Below are positions 24,961 through 38,385 of a stretch of DNA of 64,000 bases, piece after piece. The notes below the pieces were generated by a model, which searched no databases, was not told the origin of the DNA, and worked only from the letters and a program-made list of their open reading frames with translations. Position 1 is the first letter of the stretch, and every line of letters begins with the position of its first letter. A program made the translations under genes and the position numbers. Source of the stretch: Pristiophorus japonicus (Eukaryota); assembly GCF_044704955.1 (NCBI RefSeq), contig NC_091992.1, positions 123,132,001-123,196,000 of the forward strand, read 5' to 3'.

Positions 24961-25130
24961 AAGTACATTTGTTGTAAATTATGTATTAATTCTTTAATAC
25001 ATAAAGTAGAGTGAGGGATATGCTTAGCCATAAGGTCACTGATTGTGATGGAATACAATTCTGCAGCTGCTGATGGCTCATAGCGGCTCATGGACGCCCA
25101 GTTTTGCGCTGCTAGATCTGTTCTGAATCT

Positions 25131-25449
25131 ATGTTGAAAGCATTGGATTCCAAGTATCTTTAAGAAACCTTTTCACATTGCTGGTCATCTTCACATTCTG
25201 ATTTCTCAGCCCTCTGAACTATAAATTCAATGTATTCATTGCTGAAGACACCTTTGTCATTTGTGATGGTGAGCTTCTTTTCATTTCCCAGTGTTCTTAT
25301 CCACCGCAGCACATTTGCACCAATATCAAAAAGCATTTCAATTTGGGGCACATCCCATGTAGCAAGTGGAATTTCAGACAGCTTAAACTTGCTCAGCAAG
25401 TTGTTATCCATGGTCATGGCTTTTTCACCCTCATAAACCTGAATCGGCA
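25131..25449 (-). pseudogene. HSP70 pseudogene fragment 2 (substrate-binding beta domain)
   Basis: IQVYEGEKAMTMDNNLLSKF...VPQIEMLFDIGAN...KLTITNDKG...CEKVS*..LESNAFN. Confidence 0.93.
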
Positions 25450-25815
25450 CATAAGAACATAAGAAATAGGAGCAGGAGTAGGCCATACGGCCCTTCGTGC
25501 CTGCTCCGCCATTTAATACGATCATGGCCGATCCGATCATGGACTCAGGTCCACTTCCCTGCCCAATCCCCATAACCAGTTATCGTTTAAGAAACTATCT
25601 ATTTCTGTCTAAAATTTATTCAATGTCCCAGCTTCCATAGCTCTGAGGCAGTAAATTCCACAGATTTACAACCCTCAGAAGAAATTTCTCATCTCAGTTA
25701 TAAATGGGCGGCCCCTTATTCTAAGATTATGCCCTCTAGTTCTAGTCTCCCATCGATGGAAACATCTTTTCTGCATCCACCTTGTCAAGCCCCCTCATAA
25801 TCTTATACGTTTCAA
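25450..25815 (-). mobile_element. Old CR1 3' fragment (5' remnant at ~30533-30572), inserted in the HSP70 pseudogene
   Basis: CR1 tail and terminal ORF sequence that resumes beyond the nested plus-strand CR1. Confidence 0.75.
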
Positions 25816-28800
25816 TGCAAGGAGTATTCGTAATAAGGTGGATGAATTAACTGCACAGGCAGCAATTAACAAATATGATATAATTGGCATCACAGAGACA
25901 TGGTTCCAGAGTGACCAAGGCTGGGAACTCAACATCAAGGGGTATTCAAACATTCAGGAAGGATAGACAGAAAGGAAAAGGAGGTGGGGTAGCGTTGCTG
26001 GTTAAAGAGGAAATTAATTCAATAGTAAGGAAGGGCATTAGCTTGGATGATGTGGAATCTGTATGAGTGGAGCTGCGGAATACCAAAGGACAGAAAACGC
26101 TAGTGGGAGTTGTGTACAGACCACTAAACAGTAGTAGTGAGTTTGGGGACAGCATCAAACAAGAAATTAGGGATACGTGCAATAAAGGTATAACAGTTAT
26201 CATGAGCAACTTTAATCTATATATAGATTGGGCTAACCAAACTGGTAGCAATACAATAGAGGAGGATTTCCTGGAGTGTTTTAGGGATGGTTTTCTGGAC
26301 CAATATGTCGAGGAACCAACTAGAGGGCTGGCCATTCTAGACTGGGTGATGTGTAATGAGAAAGGGCTAATTAGCAATCTTGGTGTGCAAGGCCCCTTGG
26401 AGAAGAGTGACTATAATATAGTAGAATTCTTTATTAAGATGGAGAGTGACACAGTTAATTCAGAGACTAGGGTCCTGAACTTAAGAAAAGGTAACTTCGA
26501 TGGTATGAGACGTGAATTGGCTAGAATAGACTGGCAAATGATACTTAAGAGGTTTGACGGTGGACAGGCAATGGCAAACATTTAAAAATCACATGGATGA
26601 ACTTCAACAATTGTACATCCCTGTCTGGAGTAAAAATAAAACGGGGAAGGTGGCCCAACCGTGGCTAACAAGGGAAATTAAGGATAGTGTTAAATCCAAG
26701 GAAGAGGCATATAAATTGGCCAGAAAAAGCAGCAAACCTGAGGACTGGGAGAAATTTAGAATTCAGCAGAGGACAAAGGGTTTAATTAGGAGGGGGAAAA
26801 TAGAGTATGAGAGGAAGCTTGCCAGGAACATAAAAATTGACTGCAAAATGGGGAACAAAGAAATGGCAGACCAGTTGAACAAATAGTTTGGTTCTGTCTT
26901 CACGAAGGAAGACACAAATAACCTTCCGGAAGTACTAGGGAACCAAAGGTCTAGTGAGAAGGAGGAACTGAGGAGGACAAAGGGTTTGATTAGGGCAGGG
27001 AAAATGGAGTACGAGAAGAAGCTTGCAGGGAACATTAAGACGGATTGCAAAAGTTTCTATAGATATGTAGAGAAAAAGGTTAGCAAAGACAAACGTAGGT
27101 CCCCTGCAGTCAGAATCAGGGGAAGTCATAACAGGGAACAAAGAAATGGCGGACCAATTGAACAAGTACTTTGGTTCGGTATTCACTGAGGAGGACACAA
27201 ACAACCTTCCGGATATAAAAGGGGTCGGAGGGTCTAGTAAGGAGGAGGAACTGAGGGAAATCCTTATTAGTCGGGAAATTGTGTTGGGGAAATTGATGGG
27301 ATTGAAGGCCGATAAATCCCCAGGGCATGATGGACTGCATCCCAGAGTACTTAAGGAGGTGGCCTTGGAAATAGTGGATGCATTGACAGTCATTTTCCAA
27401 CATTCCATTGACTCTGGATCAGTTCCTATGGAGTGGAGGGTAGCCAATGTAACCCCACTTTTTAAAAAAGGAGGGAGAGAGAAAACAGGGAATTATAGAC
27501 CGGTCAGCCTGACATCGGTAGTGGGTAAAATGATGGAATCAATTATTAAGGATTTCATAGCAGTGCATTTGGAAAGAGGTGATATGATAGGTCCAAGTCA
27601 GCATGGATTTGTGAAAGGGAAATCATGCTTGACAAATCTTCTGGAATTTTTTGAGGATGTTTCCAGTAGATTGGACAAGGGAGAACCAGTTGATGTGGTA
27701 TATTTGGACTTTCAGAAGGCTTTCGACAAGGTCCCACACAAGAGATTAATGTGCAAAGTTAAAGCACATGGGATTGGGGGTAGTGTGCTGACATGGATTG
27801 ACAACTGGTTGTCAGACAGGAAGCAAAGAGTAGGAGTAAATGGGGACTTTTCAGAATGGCAGGCAGTGATTAGTGGGGTACCGCAAGGTTCTGTGCTGGG
27901 GCCCCAGCTGTTTACACTGTACATTAATGATTTAGACGAGGGGATTAAATGTAGTATCTCCAAATTTGCGGATGACACTAAGTTGGGTGGCAGTGTGAGC
28001 TGCGAGGAGGATGCTATGAGGCTGCAGAGCGACTTGGATAGGTTAGGTGAGTGGGCAAATGCATGGCAGATGAAGTATAATGTGGATAAATGTGAGGTTA
28101 TCCACTTTGGTGGTAAAAACAGAGAGACAGACTATTATCTGAATGGTGACAGATTAGGAAAAAGGGAGGTGCAAAGAGACCTGGGTGTCATGGTACATCA
28201 GTCATTGAAGGTTGGCATGCAGGTACAGCAGGCGGTTAAGAAAGCAAATGGCATGTTGGCCTTCATAGCGAGGGGATTTGAGTGCAGGGGCAGGGAGGTG
28301 TTGCTACAGTTGTACAGGGCCTTGGTGAGGCCACACCTGGAGTACTGTGTACAGTTTTGGTCTCCTAACCTGAGGAAGGACATTCTTGCTATTGAGGGCG
28401 TGCAGCGAAGGTTCACCAGACTGATTCCCGGGATGGCGGGACTGACCTATCAAGAAAGACTGGATCAACTGGGCTTGTATTCACTGGAGTTCAGAAGAAT
28501 GAGAGGGGATCTCATAGAAACGTTTAAAATTCTGACGGGGTTAGACAGGTTAGATGCAGGAAGAATGTTCCCAATGTTGGGGAAGTCCAGAACTAGGGGA
28601 CACAGTCTAAGGATAAGGGGGATGCCATTTAGGACCGAGATGAGGAGGAATTTCTTCACCCAGAGAGTGGTGAACCTGTGGAATTCTCTACCACAGAAAG
28701 TTGTTGAGGCCAATTCACTAAATATATTCAAAAAGGAGTTAGATGAAGTCCTTACTACTAGGGGAATCAAGGGTATGGTGAGAAAGCAGGAATGGGGTAC

Positions 28801-30532
28801 TGAAGTTGCATGTTCAGCCATGAACTCATTGAATGGCGGTGCAGGCTAGAAGGGCCGAATGGCCTACTCCTGCACCTATTTTCTATGTCTATGTTTCTAT
28901 GAAGGATATCCTTATTAGGCGGGAAATTGTGTTCGGGAAATTGATGCGATTGAAGGCCGATAAATCCCCGGGGCCTGATAGTCTGCATCCCAGAGTACTT
29001 AAGGAAGTGGCCCTAGAAATAGTGGATGCATTGGTGATTATTTTCCAACAGTCTATCAACTCTGGATCAGTTCCTATGGATTGGAGGGTAGCTAATGTAA
29101 CACCACTTTTTTAAAAAAAAGAGGGAGAGAGAAAACGGGTAATTATAGACCGGTTAGCCTGTCATCAGTAGTGGGGAAATTGTTGGAATCAATTATTAAA
29201 GATGAAATAACAGCGCATTTGGAAAACAGTGACAGGATTGGTCCAAGTCAACATGGATTGATGAATGGGAAATCATGCCTGACAAATCTTCTGGGATTTT
29301 TTGAGGATGTAACTAGTAGAGTGGACAAGGGAGAACCAGTGGATGTGGTGTGTTTGTCTTTCAAAAGGCTTTTGACAAGGTCCCACACAAGAGATTGGTG
29401 TGCAAAATTAAAGCACATGGTATTGGGGGTAATGTACTGACGTGGATAGAGAACTGGTTGGCAGACAGGAAGCAGAGAGTCGGGATAAACGGGTCCTTTT
29501 CAGAATGGCAGGCAGTGACTAGTGGGGTGCTGCAAGGCTCAGTGCTGGGACCCCAGCTATTTACAATATACATTAATGATTTAGATGAAGAAATTGAGTG
29601 TAATATCTCCAAGTTTGCAGATGACACTAAGCTGGGTGGCGGTGTGAGCTGTGAGGAGGATGCTAAGGCTGCAGGGTGACTTGGACAGGTTAGGTGAGTG
29701 GGCAAATGCATGGCAGATGCAGTATAATGTGGATAAATGTGAGGTTATCCACTTTGGTGGCAAAAACACGAAGGCAGAATATTATCTGAATGGCGGCAGA
29801 TTAAGAAAAGGGGAGGTGCAACGAGACCTGGGTGCCATGGTACATAAGTCATTGAAAGTTGGCATGCAGGTACAGCAGGCGGTGAAGAAGGCAAATGGTA
29901 TGTTGGCCTTCATAGCAGGGGGTTTTGAGTATAGGAGCAGGGAGGTCTTACTGCAGTTGTACATGGTCTTGGTGAGGCCTCATCTGGAATATTATGTTCA
30001 GTTTTGGTCTCCTAATCTGAGGAAAGGCATTCTTGCTATTGAGGGAGTGCAGCGAAGGTTCACCAGACTGATTCCTGGGACGGCTGGACTGACATATGAG
30101 GAGACTGGATCGACTGGGCCTTTATTCACTGGAGTTTAGAAGGATGAGTGGGGATCTCATAGAAACATAAAATTCTGACAGGACTGGACAGGTTAGTTGC
30201 AGGAAGAATGTTCCCGATGTTGGGGAAGTCCAGAACCAGGGACGCAGTCTAAGGATAAGGGGTAAGCCATTTAGGACTGAGATGAGGAGAAACTTCTTCA
30301 CTCAGAGTTGTTAACCTGTGGAATTCCCTACTGCAGAGAGTTGTTGATGCCAGTTCGTTGGATATATTCAAGAGGAGTTAGATGTGGCCCTTATGGTTAA
30401 AGGAATCAAAGGGTATGGAGAGAAAGCAGGAAAGGCGTACTGAGGTGAATGATCAGCCATGATATTATTGAATGGTGGTGCAGGCTCGAAGGGCCGAATG
30501 GCCTACTCCTGCACCTATTTTCTATGTTTCTA
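25816..30532 (+). mobile_element. CR1 ORF2 copy with a younger CR1 nested at 26971-28900
   Basis: Starts at NARSIRNK. The host sequence gaggaactg|aaggatatcc is split by the insert. The nested copy has a 567-aa RT ORF (27146-28849) and its own tail. Confidence 0.92.
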
Positions 30533-30572
30533 AGATCAGCTCTCATTCTTCTGAATTGCAATGAGTAGAGGC

Positions 30573-31700
30573 TTGTTATCAGATCAGGTAGTAAAGATCT
30601 GAGTTTGCTTTGTTGGAATAGTGATGTTACGCTTGATTAGTGCAGTCAAAACACTACAAGCAGTCTCACTAACCAGGGATCGAGTAACATACTGCACGTT
30701 TTCTGCCTTGGCATCAGACAGTTGCATCATATGAAACGGCCATATGATGGTGTCCTTCTTTAGATCTCTTCCAATAAATAAATCCTGGAGCAATTACTGG
30801 ATTTAGGGAATCTGGTATGGATCCACCAAATAACAGTGTCATGCATTTGAATGTCGTCAAGTTTGGCATCTGGTAAGGATTTCTCTCCAGCATCAAATTT
30901 ACCTCAAAATACATCATCATTGACTTCTTCAAATCATATAGGGAGTATAGAAACTAATATCCTCAGATAGATTAAATATCAATACTAACCTCTACTTGGA
31001 TAACAAGGTTGTAGACAGAGCACCAGCTCTTGCCGTCATGTCGTGTATTTCCCTTTCAATTCAGTAATTAAAAGGCTGTCCAGGTGGTTGTCCAAGTTCT
31101 CATCACCAAAGATAGGTGCCAGCAGCTGTAACCTTTACTGCAAAAATACCATCTTCAGTAGTCAAAATAGAGACATCAAAAGTATCACCAGCCAAGTCAA
31201 AAAATAGTATGTCTTACAGACTCATCGTGTTCATTTCGTAAGCAATAGCAGCTCCAGTTAGTTCATTGATCATTCAATGCACATTAAGGCTAGAAATACT
31301 ATGTTTTTTTGTGGCTTCTCACTGAATCATCAAAGTAGGCTGGCACTGAGATAACTGAAATTATAAGCATCTTTCCATGGTAAGCTTCAGCAATCTCTTT
31401 CATCTTAGTTAACATCATGGAAGAAACCTGGGTAAAAGTTGTTTTTTCAGATGTGTATTCAACGTCAACCTTAAGACAGCCACCATCATTTACACAAGTG
31501 AAAGACCAGTTCATCAGGTCAGGTTGAGCCTGGGTATTTTTCAATCAGCAGCGAATAAGACCATTGGCATCTAAGATGGCATTGGATGCATAAATCATCA
31601 CCTAATATTCAAGGTGGCAAAATCCTATTATCAATTTCCCCCAGTAACTAAGATATATTGTTTGTGATCAATAAGAAAATTGCCACTTTTAACAAGCCTG
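30573..31700 (-). pseudogene. HSP70 pseudogene fragment 1 (ATPase domain to start of substrate-binding domain), intronless and heavily decayed
   Basis: [84 protein letters not shown]. Many stops and frameshifts. The 5' limit is uncertain. Confidence 0.93.
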
Positions 31701-31745
31701 ATTCTTCTCAAAAATAACAGCAAATTTGCATTCTATTAATTAATA

Positions 31746-32100
31746 CAGGTTGTACTTCTCCAGTCCGACAACCTCCCTGGTCCGGCATCATTCCCGCGGC
31801 ATGTCCTGGGGCTGGCTGCGCGTCACCCACTGCTTCTGGTGTTCCCTCCTTGGTCAGGTCGGCATGGAGAGGGAGCAAGGCGGCTGACTGAAGCGCCAAA
31901 GCTGGGCTTGAGAAATGCTGTGCAGTATGCTTCTGCACAGCACATGCGCAGAACGCAGCCAGATCGTTGTCAGCAGTATCTGGTAAGTCTAGGGTACTGC
32001 TGACAATGCTCGGGTAGGTGTGACCTCCCGAGGTCCGGAAAATTCTCTGGTCCGGCACCGGTCAGGTCCCAAGGGTGCTGGACTGGAGAGGTACAATCTG
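31746..32100. mobile_element. Tc1/mariner-pogo (Tigger-like) MITE
   Basis: TIRs caggttgtacttctccagtcc / ggactggagaggtacaatctg, flanked by TA on both sides. Confidence 0.85.
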
Positions 32101-32899
32101 TATCTCATTTATACTAGAAAATAGGTGCCTTAATGTAACTTCAGTCTGTCAATTTGTTATTTCTATCCTGCACATTTATCTAGTTCGATACGTATGTTTA
32201 ATATATTAGTGATCATTTTTTTGTCTGAGGCATAGTTGATCACATTCCCTTACTGCTATCATCAGGCTCACAAAGACAATAGACTCCAGAGAACTGGCTG
32301 CCTCTTGGCACAAACATTGTTACAATTCACAAGACTTTAAGTATTAGAAAAACAGGAGCAGCAATATCTACAGAAAAACAATAGTTATCAACCTGAAGAC
32401 AGATTTTATTAGGCTTTTTTTTTAGGAGCCTAGCCATTTTGAATAGGAACATAAGAATAGGAGTAGGTAATTCAGCCCCTCGAGCCTGTTCCGCCATTCA
32501 ATGAGATCATGGCTGATCTGCGACCTAACTCCATATTCCCGCATTTGCCCCATATCCCTGAATATCTTTGGTTAACAAAAATCTATCAATCTCAGATTTA
32601 AAATTAACAATTGATCGAGCATCAATTGCCGATTGCACAAATGTAATCAAAATAATTAATGCTTTTGCTTGACCTTGATAGTCGTGAGGCACATCACCCA
32701 ATTCCACAGAATAAAGCTCTGCAACTTCTGGTAAAAGGGAATCTAAAGCACGACAAACATCCAATTTCTAAGAAGGCATCTCCTGCCAATGAAGTTGCAT
32801 GAAGCCAACTAACTCTTTCCAGCTTATGTAGCACTTTCAAAAGATTTTTCATCTCTCCTCAAGGCACTGTCACATACTAAGGTACACTTTTATGGGTAC

Positions 32900-34118
32900 A
32901 CAGAAACTAGGTGCAGGAGTAGGCCATTCGGCCCTTCGAGCCTGCACCACCATTCAATAAGATCATGGCTGATCATTCACCTCAGTACCCCTTTCCTGCT
33001 TTCTCTCCATACCCCTTGATCCCTTTAGTCATAAGGGCCATATCTAACTCCCTCTTGAATATATCTAACGAACTGGCATCAACAACTCTCTGCGGTAGAG
33101 AATTCTACAGGTTCACAACTCTCTGAGTGAAGAAGTTCCTCATCTCGGTCCTAAATGGCTTACCCCTTATCCTTAGACTGTGACCCCTGGTTCTGGACTT
33201 CCCCAACATCGGGAACATTCTTCCTGCATCTAACCTGTCCAGTCCCGTCAGAATTTTATATGTTTCTATGAGATGCCCTCTCATTCTTCTAAACTCCAGT
33301 GAATACAGGCCCAGTCGATCCACTCTCTCCTCATATGTCAGTCCTGCCATCCCAGGAATCAGACTGGTGAATATTCACCTCAATAGCAAAAACGTCCTTC
33401 CTCAGATTAGGAAACTAAAACTGAACACAATATTCCAGGTGAGGCCTCACCAAGGCCATGTACAACTGCAGTAAGACCTCCCTGCCCCTGTACTCAAATC
33501 CCCTAGCTATGAAGACCAACATGCCATTTGCCTTCTTCACCACCTGCCGTACCTGCATGTCAACTTTCAATGACTGATGTACCATGACACCCAGGTCTCA
33601 TTGCACCTCCCCTTTTCTTAATCTGCCACCATTCAGATAAGATTCTGCCTTCACGTTTTTGCCACAAAAGTGGATAACCTCACATTTATCCACATTATAC
33701 TGCATCTGCCATGCATTTGCCCACTCACCTAACCTGTCCAAGTCACCCTGCAGCCTTAGCATCCTCCTCACAGCTCACACCGCCACCTAGCTTAGTGTCA
33801 TCTGCAAACCTGGAGATACTACACTCAATTCCTTCATCTAAATCATTGATGTATATTCTAAATAGCTGGAATCCCAGCACTGAGCCCTACGGCACCCCAT
33901 TAGTCACTGCCTGCCATTCTGAAAGAACCCGGTTATCCCGACTCTGCTTCCTGTCTGCCAACCAGTTCTCTATCCACGTTAATACATTACCCCCAATACC
34001 ATGTGCTTTAATTTTGCACAACAATCTCTTGTGTGGGACCTTGTCAAAAGCTTTGTGAAAGTCCAACTATACCACAGCCACTGGTTCTCCCTTGTCCACT
34101 CTACTAATTACATCCTCA
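32900..34118 (-). mobile_element. 5'-truncated CR1
   Basis: RT C-terminal half and 3' motif. Confidence 0.9.
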
Positions 34119-34649
34119 AGCAGTCCTTCAAAACTAATTCAAGTTGGCCTTTTTCATGCAAGTCTAGATGGCTATTCATAGAATATATCAGTTTAGCCAA
34201 ATCACGTCCTCACCTGCCATCTAATTTATGTACTTTCCACCAAGAGTCAATTGCTGCTTTTTCACCTCTCGCCCAAGTTGCTGAGCCGACTTGTAACATC
34301 TATAATGCAACTAGCTAGCACACAGGCCAGGGATCAAACCTGAAACCTTCTGGTCTGTATGTCTCATTACTACACCAGGCATTTAATTTATTTAGGAAGA
34401 TATCAAAAAGAGCTCAAGTTCATGCAGTCCCAACTCAATTCCTATTTAGTATAGAACCCAGGATAATTTTGATTCAAGTGGTTAATCTGACAAAGGATGC
34501 AGGAATTCTGCAATAAGAAATATTGTCAGTTAAAGGGAATTGTAGGAATGAGAATAGAAGGAGTTTAACTTACCCAATACTGATAGTCATCAATACCATA
34601 AGAAACTTTGAATTTTAATTGTTGATAGTCATGAATTAAACATGCCTGC

Positions 34650-34845
34650 AGGTGCTAAACCACAGATCTGCAGGCTTAGCACTCAAGCGCTGATTAGACA
34701 CAATTTTCCTGGAGTGGTGTATGTAGCCTCCTCACACCCACTTCCACTGAAAGTGTGGAGTGCACTGGGTGACAGACAACGGCACGAATCAGGATGACTC
34801 ACGGACCAAGGGAGAGGGATCAAAGGTTCTCAGATGCAGCTTAAG
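34650..34845 (+). mobile_element. Fragment of the same Harbinger-like element as 12605-13564
   Basis: Reverse-complement similarity to ~13250-13440 (ttagcactcaag.gctgattaga, cacccacttcc.ctgaa). Peptide RERDQRFSDAA. Confidence 0.55.
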
Positions 34846-34849
34846 GACC

Positions 34850-35175
34850 TAAGGAGCAAGAGTATGCTATAAGGCCTCTCAAGCCCGCTCCGCCATTCAA
34901 CAAGATCATGGCTGAGCTTTTACATCAACTACACTTTCCCGCCCTGTCCCCGTATCCCTTGATTCCCTTTGTGTCCAAAAATCTATCTATCTCAGTCTTA
35001 AATATACTCATTGACTGAGCATCCACAGTCCTCTGGAGTAAAGAATATCAAAGATTCACAATGCTGAGTTAAGAAATTTCTCATCAGTCCTAAATGGCCA
35101 ATCTCCTATCCTGAAACTATGACCCCTAGTTCTAGACTCTCCAGCCAAGGGAAACAGCTCCTCAGCATCTACCAT
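34850..35175 (-). mobile_element. CR1 3' fragment
   Basis: Decayed terminal CR1 sequence. Confidence 0.75.
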
Positions 35176-35949
35176 CTTTCACCTTGATGAGCAAAATCAA
35201 TAAGCAAGAACCGTTACAAAATCAAACAATACTGTGCCAAAGTGAAAGTGCTAGTGGGAAAGGGAAAGCGAAGAGAGTCGAGGTGTTCATACGCATTGTG
35301 GTATCGATTGAGAGTTGGATAGGGAAGAATAGATATTCTCAGCAAATTGTACAGTGGATTCCAGGCCAGAATTATCAGGCTTAAACAAAAAAAAACACAC
35401 TTAAAAATGCAATTTTCTACTGATAGCAATTAAGACTTCAATTTGAGCCCCTCCTGCAAAAAAAAATACACTTTCTCTTTTTGGTACTGCATTGAAATAT
35501 GACACTGGGGCTACTTGGTTCTCCACCATATTTTCTGCAATCAAATTGACCCAGGATTATTACATTTATCCATAGATAATTAGAAATTACTTGTTTTCTT
35601 GCTCTCTCCCCTACCACCATGGCCCACGGGGTAAATGTATTGATGGTGTGGCACTGAACACAAAACAGAGTTCCAGCTTGAATGTCTCATCTGGTCTTGG
35701 CAGGGGCAGCTGATCACTAACTTGTGATAGTTGCTAGAATGAGTGTTCGTGGATGTTAGAGAAGGGTAGGATCAAGCCCTGGTTTTTTCCATCAAATTGA
35801 ATAGTCTACAAGGATGCACAAAGAATCCATTTTCGAAATAGTGGTGAGAGCTACCATTTCCCAGTACAAGTACCCAGCTCAAGTGCTAGGGAGAAAAATT
35901 AGAAGTTACTTTAACATTTTTCCAAATGTGGCTCTCGGGTATAAAAATG

Positions 35950-37575
35950 AAATGACTCCTCTGCTTGCTGAGTCTGCTTATTGGCTGGATATCCTTCAGA
36001 TTGGTCAAGATGTTCCTATTCTTCATCTCACTTACCAGAACCTACAAGACATAATTAATAAAACTGGCCTTTTTGCTATCTCCATTTCTCTTCAACTTTA
36101 CTCATTATAACCCTTTCCTGCCAATTGCACTGTCAAGAGAGAGCAATATTTTATAGCAGGTGTGATTAAGTTGTCTGCTCTGTTCATTAGTGTGAGCATG
36201 TCAGGTTTCAAAGATCGTGGTGAGATTTGGGCCATGTGCAACAACACAGGGTGTACAATTAAGGCTAATTTAACACACACTGCACGAGAGTATAATTAGA
36301 CACCTAATAGTTACCGGTACCTACATTTCACTCACTGTACCAACTTTGCTCAATGGAAGCAAAAATAATCTGATGTCCTCACTTCAAACAAGCCAGGTGG
36401 AACCCTTGATCTGCAGAATATAATAGTGTGATCCAGCCCATTATCAATGGATTGTGTGCTTAGGTGCCTTCTAAAGATTGTTAGCCATGATAAACTGGCT
36501 GTGTGGGTTTATACCGCTCCTTCCTCAACTTAATTGACCAATGATGATGAGGATAATTGCTTAGTTGGTTAATTGTATTTTCAGATTATATTTGAATAAT
36601 TTCTTGACTCAGACTGATTTCAAACTCAGTTTTTGGCTATATTAAATAATTTTGTTCTATAGGTACCCTAGCTGAACACATATACTTTAATGGTTTTGTG
36701 CATTGCTGGAATTTACCCAGTCTTCTGCAAAAGGTTTAGAATTTATGTTACCATATGAATATTTCTCTGAAGATTTGTGGCTTTTAGGCATGATAGCCCT
36801 CCTTTAATGTCAGTGCTCTTCATTGTTGGGTAGTTCATACATGCTGGAGGTGAAACTTAAGCATCTGTTAAGTGGACTTTGAGGTGGAGATCATATAATT
36901 TAAAAACGAACTGGATGAGTGCTTGAAAAGTATATGGGCAGGGAAATGGCAACAGATGTGGATTGCATTGCTTGCCATTTTAAAAAAATATAATTTATTC
37001 CTGTAGTAGTCATTTCCTCAAGTCTGTTCCACCCTTGTTAGGTCATTGCTGATCAGTAACCTACTCCATTTACCCACTTTTGCTCCATAATTCCTTGATA
37101 CCCCTACCCAACAAAAATGCATCAACCTTCATCTTGAAGCAAGTGAGTCTTCAATTCTGTGTTTTATTTAATGTAAAAAAAATGGGAATTAGTGCCTTCT
37201 TTACAATCATAAGCACTTGAAATAACATTATTACCATTGCAAATTGAATCCCTCTGCATATAAAAATAGATGGCTAGGAGTGATTGTAATGAGAATAACC
37301 TCATGCCATAATTTAGCAAAGTGCTGTGTTACCATATCACCATCAATGTCAGCAAGATTTTGAAGGTGTTGATTCCCCAACTATCTCTAATGAAAAAATG
37401 AGAATTGCTGATGCTTATAATTTAATGGATTCCTCAATCAGCCATACAGCCAAGGTTGTCCCAGACAGGGCAAGAAAGGCCTGTGCTGTGCAACACAAGA
37501 AAGTCAGTCTGGGTCTTCATCAATTATAGCTGCAAATGCTGCGAGGGGCTGATGCTCCCAAAACCATCCCCTGCC
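35950..37575 (+). repeat. Copy B of the old non-coding duplicated block, starting ~0.7 kb 3' of the BIRC5 stop
   Basis: Collinear with the unique parts of 3770-13632. Confidence 0.85.
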
Positions 37576-38292
37576 GCTCACTGTACAGGTTTACAGTGCT
37601 CATTCCTCTTCCACCCAACTTGCCAGTCAAGGACACTGAAAACCCTTGCTCCGTTGACAAGTCAGCAATAGATCCTCACCCAATTATATATGGGGTATGT
37701 TTACAGAGATTAGACCATTAATATATCTGGCTTCAAACTAATTGTCAAGTCACTCACATTGTGGGTACAAATTCATTACATACAACAGGAGGATGGAAGG
37801 AATAATACTCAAAAACCTTTGATCAATATTCCACAGATACTTCTGCATTGTATAAAAGAGTGAAAGTGGCAAGGCAGTAATATAATGCAAACAAGATAGA
37901 TGTGATAGCAAGATACTCTTCCACATCACCTAAAAATCAATACCTGCCCCTCTTGGGCATTTCTGCACTAGGCCTTTAAGCAGTAATGACCTGCTTTTAT
38001 AGACAGCACAATGCTTGACCAGGATAAGAAAAGTCAAGCTGCCAGCTATGAATAAGTACCCAAGCAATTCTGACCACTACAAAGAAAGAAGAAAATCACT
38101 TCGTCCCACTCCTTCCATGTAAAATGATTTGACAAAGAACATTCCAGAAGTTTACAGACAATTTTAGAAGTATGATGTACAATACATAGCCATGATCCTC
38201 ACTTTGAGGATTCTGATCAACTCAATTGAGCTTTGGATAAACAGATCTTTTTAAAACAAAAAAACTTTACAATAAGAGAACATCCTGCATCA

Positions 38293-38385
38293 TTAGCAGG
38301 CTTTAGTAACAAAGTCTTCAATTGCACTTCTTACAATTTTTGCCTCTTGCTCAAACGACTGAATTCTTTCAGAGATGTGTTTCTT
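38293..38385 (-). CDS. BIRC5: Survivin coding exon 4
   Basis: ctttttcag acceptor; KKHISERIQSFEQEAKIVRSAIEDFVTKAC-TAA (C-terminal helix). Confidence 0.93.
   Translation of the reverse strand, partial: KKHISERIQSFEQEAKIVRSAIEDFVTKAC

Larger units (their letters stand above)
18566..25130 (-). mobile_element. Family-X LINE (pieces ~18566-19445, 22004-22710, 24990-25130) hosting nested CR1 and Gypsy insertions
   Basis: NYRPISLLSIISKVM, WQVTFAPHNCQAM and VRSMMEYSPLAW lie in collinear order across the inserts. Confidence 0.75.

Noticed and set aside
32640-32900. Minus-strand ORFs (LDVCRALDSLLPEVAEL...)
   Set aside because: No recognisable domain or splice support; the ORF runs into a CR1 tail.
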